From the NCBI GenBank assembly GCA_963827865.1, contig CAWHCO010000004.1, positions 388,686-452,685 on the forward strand: a DNA stretch of 64,000 nt, written 5' to 3'. The translations under genes were made by a program, and so were the position numbers. Positions 56,850 through 64,000 of the stretch are shown one piece after another. Source of the stretch: an uncultured bacterium (lineage in GTDB: Bacteria; Actinomycetota; Acidimicrobiia; Spongiisociales; UBA4744). The notes under the pieces are model-generated. The model worked only from the letters and a program-made list of their open reading frames with translations. It did no database searches and had not been told where the DNA came from. Each line of letters starts with the position of its first letter. Within the stretch, counting starts at the first letter, position 1.

Positions 56850-57617
56850 TTGAGCGAGGTCCAGATGCTGAAAGTCGAACATCTCACCAAGGTCTACGAA
56901 GGCGGCACCGTTGCCCTCGAGGACGTCAGCTTCGAAGTCCCGGACGGTGAGTTTCTTGCCGTAATCGGCCTGAGCGGCTCGGGGAAATCGACCCTTCTGC
57001 GTTGCATCAACCGTCTGATCGAGCCGACGGAGGGACGCATCACCTGGCATGGGGTCGACATCACCACCGCCTCCCAGGATGACATGCGTCGCATCCGCAG
57101 GCGCATCGGCATGGTGTTTCAGCACTTCAATCTCGTGCACCGATCGAAGGTGCTCACCAACGTGCTCCAAGGAAGCCTGGGATACGTCAACCCTGCGCTC
57201 AGCATCATCAACAAGTTCCCGAAGGAACAAGTCGAACGTGCTCTCGCCCAACTCGACCGTGTTGGCCTCAAGGATCAGGCGCACAAGCGCGCCGACACGC
57301 TCTCAGGTGGCCAGCAGCAGCGGGTGGGTGTTGCCCGAGCCATGATGCAGAGCCCCGAGATGGTTCTCGCAGACGAGCCGGTCGCCAGCCTGGACCCCGT
57401 CCTCGCCCACTCGATCATGCAGTACCTCGAACTGATCAACAAAGAGGACGAGGTGACGGTCCTGTGCAGCCTCCACTTCCTCGACCTCGTCCACCGTTAC
57501 GCAGACAACACGATCGCCCTCAAAGACGGGCACCTCGTGTTCGAGGGGCCGCCTTCCGAAATCGACGACGTGAAGTTCAAGGACATCTACGGGGAGGAGG
57601 CTGAGCGCGTTGGCTAG
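56850..57617 (+). CDS. phnC: Phosphonate ABC transporter ATP-binding protein.
   Basis: [42 protein letters not shown]. Confidence 0.85.
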   Translation: MSEVQMLKVEHLTKVYEGGTVALEDVSFEVPDGEFLAVIGLSGSGKSTLLRCINRLIEPTEGRITWHGVDITTASQDDMRRIRRRIGMVFQHFNLVHRSKVLTNVLQGSLGYVNPALSIINKFPKEQVERALAQLDRVGLKDQAHKRADTLSGGQQQRVGVARAMMQSPEMVLADEPVASLDPVLAHSIMQYLELINKEDEVTVLCSLHFLDLVHRYADNTIALKDGHLVFEGPPSEIDDVKFKDIYGEEAERVG

Positions 57618-59509
57618 ACCCACCGGACCTCGCAAGTCCCGTCGGCACGCGCTCCTGGTTGCATTGGCGATCATCGCCGGCGTTGTCATCTACGCCTACG
57701 GCTTCGCCGTAACCAACGTCGACCTCAGCGAAATCCGATCGCCATCGCGGCTCTCGCAGTTGACACGGGTCATTCGGTCGCTCGCCCGCCCGGAACTCCT
57801 CACCTACGAGCGCGTCGACACCAACACCGATGTCCCGTTCTACATGCCGTGTCCTCCCGGAGGGTTCACTGCTCCGGAAACCGATCCGTACCAGCGCAGG
57901 GTCATCGTGGAGCCGGCATGCGTCGATCCGGGGGCCGACATCACGGTGCACGGCGAGAACTTCTCACCCAACGCGAGAGTAACCGTCTACCTGGTTCCTC
58001 CGAGCAACGACCTGCAGTTCCCCCTCAGCCAGGAGATCATCGCCGACGAGAACGGGGCGTTCACGGCGGTCCTCGGCACGAGAGAACGGCCGTCAGACCA
58101 GCAGCAGCTCATACGTTCCATCACCCGCGAACAAACGGGAACGATCTTCCACCCCGCTACGGTGGAATCGATCGATCCGCTGACCGGTGCTGCCGTCACT
58201 GTGAAGTCGCCGCGCATCTCCGAGGCCGCGAAGATCACCTGGGACAAGATCCTCGAAACGGTCTTCCTCGCGCTCCTCGCCACGACACTCGGCGTGTTCA
58301 TCGCCGTTCCGATGTCGTTCTTCGCGTCCCGCAACCTGATGCAGGACATCAAGATCCCGCTCGTGAAGTTGGGCCTGCAGATCCTGGCCCTGCCTGTTGG
58401 CGCCGTCCTCGGCGTTCTCGCCGCCGGAGAGGCGCGTGGGCTGAGCGAGCATCTCACCTCGAATCTCGCCCTTCTCCTCGTCGGAGTCGTCGTCTTGCCG
58501 GTGCTCATCGCCATTGCTTTCCGGTGGTCCCTGCCGGCCGTCGAAGACGAGCCGCCATCTTCCGGCTTGCGCTTCGCGGCGTGCCGGTGTACTCGTGGTC
58601 GCCTCCGTTGCCGGAATCGTCGTCATGTTCCTTGTGGGCAATCTGTTGACCAGATTCGGGACATGGTCAACACCGAAGCTCTCTTCATTCGGGTTTCTCG
58701 GTGCCTTCTCCACGACGCTGGGCGACATCGTCTCCGCGATCATCACACTGGTGACAGCCTTCCTGGCCGCCGCGGTATTCATGAGTCTCGCCGGACGATT
58801 CGCCAATTGGCTCCGTACTCACGCCCCCGACTCGCTCACGCGCCCGCTCAGCCTGCCGCTCGCAGCGGCCGCGGGAGCGGCTGTCATGCTGATCCTCGGT
58901 CAGGGGGTCTCATGGCTCTACCGGATCGACGACCCGATGAAGATCATCTGGATCCCTGGTGGGGTGGGGGCGCTCCTTGGACTCGGCCTGGCTGCCAGGG
59001 TGTACAGGAAGGAGACGGTCAGCATCGGGCTCACCATCTACTACGGGGCAAGGACACTGTTCAACGGTATTAGGTCGATCGAACCGCTGGTGATGGTGAT
59101 CGTGTTCGTCGTGTGGGTCGGACTCGGCCCGTTCGCCGGCGCGCTGGCCTTGTCACTGCACACGGTCGCCGCACTCGCCAAGCTCTACTCGGAGCAGGTG
59201 GAGAGCATCATGCCCGGTCCGATCGAAGCGGTGCAGGCGACCGGTGCAACCAGGGTCCAGACGATCGTCTACGCGGTGGTCCCCCAGATCGTGCCTCCGT
59301 ACATCTCGTTCACGCTGTATCGCTGGGACATCAACGTGCGCATGTCGACGATCATCGGGTTTGCCGGCGGTGGCGGCATCGGCTCGATCCTGCAGCAGAA
59401 CATTCGCCTGCTCAACTACCGGGCAGCGGCCGTGAACATGCTGGCAATCGCCATCGTCGTGGCGTCGATGGACTACCTCAGCTCGAGAGTGCGCCAACGG
59501 ATCGTCTGA
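57610..59509 (+). CDS. phnE: Phosphonate ABC transporter permease PhnE (long form), apparently split by a frameshift near 58570-58580.
   Basis: Frame 1 up to ...LIAIAFRWSLPAVEDEPPSSGLRFAA, then frame 2 ...AGVLVVASVAGIVVMFLVGNLL... through the canonical PhnE core (LVMVIVFVVWVGLGPFAGALALSLHTVAALAKLYSEQVESIMPGPIEAVQATGATR...YRWDINVRMSTIIGFAGGGGIG...). It could alternatively be two genes. Confidence 0.6.
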
Positions 59510-59517
59510 TCTCCATT

Positions 59518-59566
59518 CTTCTTGTCAATGTCGGCCTCGGTGAGCGGGGTCAGGATTGACAAGAAC
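59518..59566. repeat. 49-bp palindromic element CTTCTTGTCAA-N27-TTGACAAGAAC.
   Basis: Read from the sequence, between the phnE stop and the dgt start. Confidence 0.8.
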
Positions 59567-59598
59567 GAGGTGATGGCCGAACGCTCTACCCTTGCCCT

Positions 59599-60597
59599 AT
59601 GAGCGAGATGATTCGGCGGACCAGAGAGATCCGCGAGCAACAGGAGCGCGATCTTCTCGCACCGGCGGCGACAAGATCCGCAGACTCGAAGGGGCGCCGA
59701 CAGCCCGAGGAGCCGGACCCATACCGAACCGCCTTTGAGCGCGACCGGGACCGCATCCTGCACACAAAGGCATTTCGCCGCCTGAAGCACAAGACACAGG
59801 TGTTCATCAACCCGGAGGGTGACCACTACGTCACCCGTCTCACCCACACGCTGCAGGTGACACAGGTGGGACGGGCGATGGCCTCCGATCTCGGCCTCAA
59901 CGAATCGTTGACCGAGGCCATCTGCCTCGGTCACGACGTGGGGCACTCGCCGTTCGGGCATACGGGAGAAGACGCCTTGTCCCCCTACGTTGAGGGTGAG
60001 TGGCTGCACTCGGAACAGAGCGTCAGGGTCCTCGACGTGTTGGAACCGGTGAACCTGTCGTGGGAGGTACTGGACGGTATTCGGGCCCACTCGTGGAAGA
60101 TCGACCCCCCCTCGACCCCGGAGGGGATGCTCTGCCGATTCGCCGACCGCATCGCCTACCTCACTCACGATGTCGACGACGCACTTCGCGCTTCCGTGAT
60201 TCGGCACACCGACCTGCCCTCACAAGCATTGGCGGTACTCGGCGAGCCCGATTCAGACTGGATCGGAACCATGATCAGAGCGGTCGTGGACGAATCCGTC
60301 GAGCAGGGACAGGTGGTGATGGCACCTGAGGTTCTCGAGACCATGCAGGTACTGCGCGACTTCATGTTCGAGCGGGTCTATCTCCGTCCCGAGTCGAGAC
60401 CGCAACAGCAGCGTGCCATCGCCGTGATTCGACATCTCGTGGATCACTTCATCGAACACCCCGAGGAGGTCCCCGACTCTTACCGGGTCGACGATGCCGA
60501 CGATGTCGAGCGGGCCATCGACTATGTGTCAGGGATGACCGACCGGTACGCCCTCAGGAAGCACGACCGACTGTTCCGGCCCGAGGGGATCGACTGA
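59599..60597 (+). CDS. dgt: dGTP triphosphohydrolase-like HD-domain protein.
   Basis: RDRDRILHTKAFRRLKHKTQVF, HTLQV, GHDVGHSPFGHTGE, YLTHDVDD. Confidence 0.85.
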   Translation: MSEMIRRTREIREQQERDLLAPAATRSADSKGRRQPEEPDPYRTAFERDRDRILHTKAFRRLKHKTQVFINPEGDHYVTRLTHTLQVTQVGRAMASDLGLNESLTEAICLGHDVGHSPFGHTGEDALSPYVEGEWLHSEQSVRVLDVLEPVNLSWEVLDGIRAHSWKIDPPSTPEGMLCRFADRIAYLTHDVDDALRASVIRHTDLPSQALAVLGEPDSDWIGTMIRAVVDESVEQGQVVMAPEVLETMQVLRDFMFERVYLRPESRPQQQRAIAVIRHLVDHFIEHPEEVPDSYRVDDADDVERAIDYVSGMTDRYALRKHDRLFRPEGID

Positions 60598-60604
60598 TTC
60601 CTCC

Positions 60605-60710
60605 GTTCTTGTCAATCGTGGCCCCGGTCAGCGAGGCTGGGATTGACGAGAAAGGAGAGCCCCTGTTCTTGTCAACAGAATGGCTCAGCGGGGCTGAGGT
60701 TGACAAGAAC
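60605..60710. repeat. Two further copies of the palindromic element (60605-60653, GTTCTTGTCAA-N27-TTGACGAGAAA; 60665-60710, GTTCTTGTCAA-N24-TTGACAAGAAC).
   Basis: Read from the sequence. The spacers share GGYYNAGCGRGGYYRGGA. Confidence 0.8.
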
Positions 60711-60744
60711 GACAGGGACGGGCCCCGAAGGGCCCGTCCCTGTC
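60711..60744. terminator. Strong bidirectional hairpin GACAGGGACGGGCCC-CGAA-GGGCCCGTCCCTGTC (15-bp stem) between convergent dgt and the nuclease gene.
   Basis: Perfect palindrome with U-rich flanks on both strands. Confidence 0.7.
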
Positions 60745-60760
60745 GTTGGTTCCGCTGCCG

Positions 60761-63700
60761 CTACCTTCTGAATGAAGGGAGCTTCCAGCCCGGGAAGGGC
60801 CGACCCCAGAGCGTCCATCGAGACGACACCAGCAGTGATGCCGTTTGCGTCAGGACGCGGGACGCGTCCCGATCGACGAACCTCGGTGTGAAGCCTCTCA
60901 CCTGGTTGATGAACGCCCGGAGCTGTGCCTTGTAGGCGGCGGTCTTGCCTGCCTCCAGGTACGTCCGCGCTCGTTCGAGACGGTCCAGCAGGATCTTCAC
61001 GGTGTTGTTGCCGCTGATCTTGCCCTCGTCTGAGTAGTACTGCACGAGCGACTCCAGCTGCCCGACACCAATGTGGAACCGAGCCACCTGCGGGTCGTGG
61101 TCGCTGGTACCTCGAGGACCGTCACCCACGTAGTCGGACGGGAAGTCGCTGTTGATGTGCGCCGCCCGCATCTCCACGAGATCCGAGAACATGGACGGCG
61201 TCACGAACAGCTGATCGAGCGTCTGCGCCTGTCCTTGATACTCGTAGCTGTACGCGCTTGCCGGATGTGCCGCGAGGAGCGACTCGTACAGGTTCACCAT
61301 TCCCTGGTTGTACAACGCAGCGAGCTGATCGCTCGGCACCGTTGTGTCGTCGGGACGTGGATACACGTTCAGGTCGCCACCGACCACCACGCGGACATTC
61401 GGGTCTGCCGTTTGCAGAGCTTCCACGATCGCTGCGTTGTAGGCGGCCTGCTCGGTTCGTTGACCCACACGATTGTCGGGGCCACTGCTGAAGTGGTTGT
61501 CGACCGCGTACAAGTCGGTGAACGCACTCGACCCGATGCCACTTTGCCAGATCCGGAAGTAACCGACCAGTGGTGCCCTCGTGAAGACGTAGATACCGTC
61601 AGTCCCGGTCGACGTGTCAACGTCCACCGGCAGGGACGCGTTGAACGACTTCGGATTCGAGACATCCGCGTTGTAGCCGAGTGCCGTCGACCGGTACACG
61701 ACCTGCGGAGTCGATCCGAGGACCGGATTGTCGTCGGCCGCCGGCAGCAGTTCCACACGATCCGTGCGGAACATGAAGCCGTTGACGATGCCCCGGTCGT
61801 CGGCCCCGTCGCGGTCGTATGCCGTGTCGTAGCTGACGTGCCATCTGTTGTGGATGTAGACAGTCAACTCCTGGAGCGTGTCCGGCTTGCCGTCGGCGTT
61901 GTTGGTGGTGCCGCACTGCAGCGACCACCTGCGGGTGCTGGAGTCGACCGTACAGATGTCCTGATCTTCGAGCTCCTGCGCCATCACGATGTCGGGAGCA
62001 TGCAGATCGTTGGCCACCTGTGAGGCGATCTCACCGAGCCGTGTCTGGTAGGCGGCATCGCTCGTAGGCACGTAGTCGAACGGCGGATCGACACCAGGGC
62101 AACCCGCGTTGCCGGTGAAGTCACACCCGTCGAACGGATCGTCCCTGTAGTCGTACAGGTTCTCCGTGTTGAACGTGGTGATGCTGAACTCCCGCGACGC
62201 GTCGGCCTTTTGGGGCGGGAAGTTCAACGCCGGAGGGAGTCCCATCCGGTAACGCAGCTGCTCCCCGACCTGGATCTGGTACTTCGAGAACGAGAAGTAC
62301 ACGCCACCGATCGGCGCGTTCTGCAACGTGTCGAAGGTGCGAACAGGTGCGATCAACACGGTGTTGTCATCCGCCGCATCCTTGATGCCGAGGCTGCCCA
62401 TGACGATGCGGTAGCCGTTTCCGTCGAACACGCCGTCCAGGACGTGAGCATCACGGAACGACCTCTTCGCATAGCCATACAGGCTGGCGATCGGGCCGTC
62501 GGGTGCGGCCACCCAGACCTCGCCGTCCGCCGTGCTGGCGAACACGTCTCGACCTCCGAGCACGATGCTGCCGGCAGGAACCTGGGCGCGCATGCCCTCG
62601 TGACGCTCCCAGTAGCGGTTGGCATCATCGAGGTTGTTGGGCGGATCGGCCGCGAACGCGGCAACTTCGGCGTCGAGGTCGACACCGGTCCTCACGATCG
62701 ACACGAGGCTCGCGCTCGACAGCTCGGTCAGGTGGAAGTACTCGCTGACACGAGCACGAATAACGAGCTCGTCACCAACGTTCACCGTGTAGTAGCTGGG
62801 ACCGTCGTAGATGTCGTCGTAGGAGCCCTCATACACGAAGATGCCGTCGGACGAATTCGGGTCGCTATCGGCAGTCGCAGCCGTGTTCTGGATGAAGAAG
62901 CCGTAGCTGTCGTCTCCCGAACTCGTACGCGAGATCAGCTTCTGATAGACGACGCCTCGGATCGTCACGTACTGGCCCACATACGGCGAGTCGAAGGACA
63001 TCCCGTTGTCCGTGTCACTCACCGAGCCCTGGACCGTGCCGATCGGCAGGATCGGATCCACCGTGACGCTCAACGTGCAGGTGCCCGTCTGAGGTGTCGG
63101 GTCGTCGTTGGTCGCGGTCAGTTCGACAGCGTAGGAGCCGGGCGCCGTCGTGGAATCGACGGTCACGACCGCGCTCGCCGTCTCGCCGACGCCACCCGCC
63201 GGAACAAGGTCGCCCAGAGAGATTCCTGCAACTGGCGCGGACGTGATGGCGATGTCGACGACCGTGCCGTCCGCGTCGGACGCTTCGATCGTTCTCGATG
63301 CCTCGAGGGTCTCGGTCGAGTAGAGCGTGCTTCCGCACGCAACTACGACCGGAGCGTTGACGACGGTTCCGAAGGTTTGGCCGGTGTTGACCGCACCGAA
63401 CGTGTTCGTGGCCTCTCCAGCCCAGGTGAAGTCGTCGTAGGTTGTGCCCGTCCCCGTCAACTGCAACGAATCACCAACTGCAGTCGACGAACCCTCAGTA
63501 ACGCCGATGTCCACACTCGTCATCCCGTCCGCGGGACCACCCACAGCCGTGAACGACCCCTCATACGACAGGAACTGCACCACGGCATCAGACGCATCGA
63601 CAAGCGCCAACCCGTCCGGTGCACCGTTCTGGATACCGGACTGAGTGAACGAAAGGGTCCCATACCCCGAGTCCTGATCCGGAATCGTCCCAGACAGGCC

Positions 63701-64000
63701 GATCGTGTCATAGACCGCCCCGCCACTACCGTTGTAGAGCACGATGCTCCACCCCGTCAGATCCGTCCCCGCCGGACCCGCAACCTCAACCGCCTCACCG
63801 ACGTCTGTCGAGGCGTTGTCATAGTGCAACTCATTGATGAACACCGACGGTCCCACAACGACGGTTCCGAAGCTCTGGCCGGTGTTGACCGCACCGAACG
63901 TGTTCGTGGCCTCTCCAGCCCAGGTGAAGTCGTCGTAGGTCGTTCCGGTGCCCGTCAGCTGCAGCGAATTGCCAACAGCTCCAGACCCACTCTCCGAGAC
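60761..64000 (-). CDS. Large secreted ExeM/NucH-type extracellular nuclease. N-terminal repeated modules, a lamin-tail (LTD) domain and an endonuclease/exonuclease/phosphatase (EEP) catalytic domain. The 5' end runs beyond the window.
   Basis: LTD-like VFINELHYDNASTDVGEAVEV...GWSIVLYNGSGG; EEP motifs FNTENLYDY...SDHDPQ. The reading frame stays open upstream of the track start (a GTG at 63856) to position 64000. Confidence 0.75.
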   Translation of the reverse strand, partial: VSESGSGAVGNSLQLTGTGTTYDDFTWAGEATNTFGAVNTGQSFGTVVVGPSVFINELHYDNASTDVGEAVEVAGPAGTDLTGWSIVLYNGSGGAVYDTIGLSGTIPDQDSGYGTLSFTQSGIQNGAPDGLALVDASDAVVQFLSYEGSFTAVGGPADGMTSVDIGVTEGSSTAVGDSLQLTGTGTTYDDFTWAGEATNTFGAVNTGQTFGTVVNAPVVVACGSTLYSTETLEASRTIEASDADGTVVDIAITSAPVAGISLGDLVPAGGVGETASAVVTVDSTTAPGSYAVELTATNDDPTPQTGTCTLSVTVDPILPIGTVQGSVSDTDNGMSFDSPYVGQYVTIRGVVYQKLISRTSSGDDSYGFFIQNTAATADSDPNSSDGIFVYEGSYDDIYDGPSYYTVNVGDELVIRARVSEYFHLTELSSASLVSIVRTGVDLDAEVAAFAADPPNNLDDANRYWERHEGMRAQVPAGSIVLGGRDVFASTADGEVWVAAPDGPIASLYGYAKRSFRDAHVLDGVFDGNGYRIVMGSLGIKDAADDNTVLIAPVRTFDTLQNAPIGGVYFSFSKYQIQVGEQLRYRMGLPPALNFPPQKADASREFSITTFNTENLYDYRDDPFDGCDFTGNAGCPGVDPPFDYVPTSDAAYQTRLGEIASQVANDLHAPDIVMAQELEDQDICTVDSSTRRWSLQCGTTNNADGKPDTLQELTVYIHNRWHVSYDTAYDRDGADDRGIVNGFMFRTDRVELLPAADDNPVLGSTPQVVYRSTALGYNADVSNPKSFNASLPVDVDTSTGTDGIYVFTRAPLVGYFRIWQSGIGSSAFTDLYAVDNHFSSGPDNRVGQRTEQAAYNAAIVEALQTADPNVRVVVGGDLNVYPRPDDTTVPSDQLAALYNQGMVNLYESLLAAHPASAYSYEYQGQAQTLDQLFVTPSMFSDLVEMRAAHINSDFPSDYVGDGPRGTSDHDPQVARFHIGVGQLESLVQYYSDEGKISGNNTVKILLDRLERARTYLEAGKTAAYKAQLRAFINQVRGFTPRFVDRDASRVLTQTASLLVSSRWTLWGRPFPGWKLPSFRR

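Overview
The window is a 64-kb chromosomal segment with very high GC content and Thr-rich secreted-protein linkers, typical of an actinobacterium (possibly Acidimicrobiia-like). The gene-order signatures dnaX-ybaB-recR, ilvBNC, leuCD, gltBD and asd-ask support that assignment. Gene density is high, about 55 CDS plus one tRNA-Pro(CGG). The six-frame track contains many spurious antisense or off-frame ORFs, as expected at this GC content. Some real genes are missed or N-terminally over-extended by it, and I corrected starts by hand.

Content is mostly housekeeping:
- ALDH7-type dehydrogenase plus RidA.
- Fe-S carriers IscA and Mrp.
- An M23 peptidase/MBL hydrolase/NUDIX operon.
- A selA-selB selenocysteine operon, with no selD, tRNA-Sec or selenoprotein in the window.
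- WhiB and an orphan receiver.
- Branched-chain amino-acid biosynthesis (leuCD, ilvD, ilvBNC, leuA, leuB) with an ilvB leader-peptide attenuator.
- gltBD and metYX.
- asd-ask and murJ.
- mce and a thiolase, glpX and HU.
- recR-ybaB-dnaX.

More accessory content:
- A processive GT2 synthase, HEAT-repeat protein and receiver operon.
- An ABC-2 exporter.
- A phnDCE phosphonate transporter with two frameshifts.
- dgt.
- A large partial ExeM/NucH-type extracellular nuclease with internally duplicated N-terminal repeats.

I found no CRISPR array, transposase, integrase or recognisable defence island. The most unusual signals are non-coding: (i) a dispersed intergenic repeat family with core CCTACCGACAACCGAGAACCG plus heptamer microsatellites, at about 3.4-3.7 kb (tandemly duplicated), 39.7 kb, 48.3-48.6 kb and 54.8-55.0 kb; (ii) three 46-49-bp palindromic GTTCTTGTCAA/TTGACAAGAAC elements flanking dgt; and (iii) a tRNA-Pro-adjacent low-coding stretch holding a start-less RHH (CopG-like) gene flanked by TTCCATCGCGCG direct repeats. 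All calls are from sequence reading and recalled family signatures only; no searches were run.
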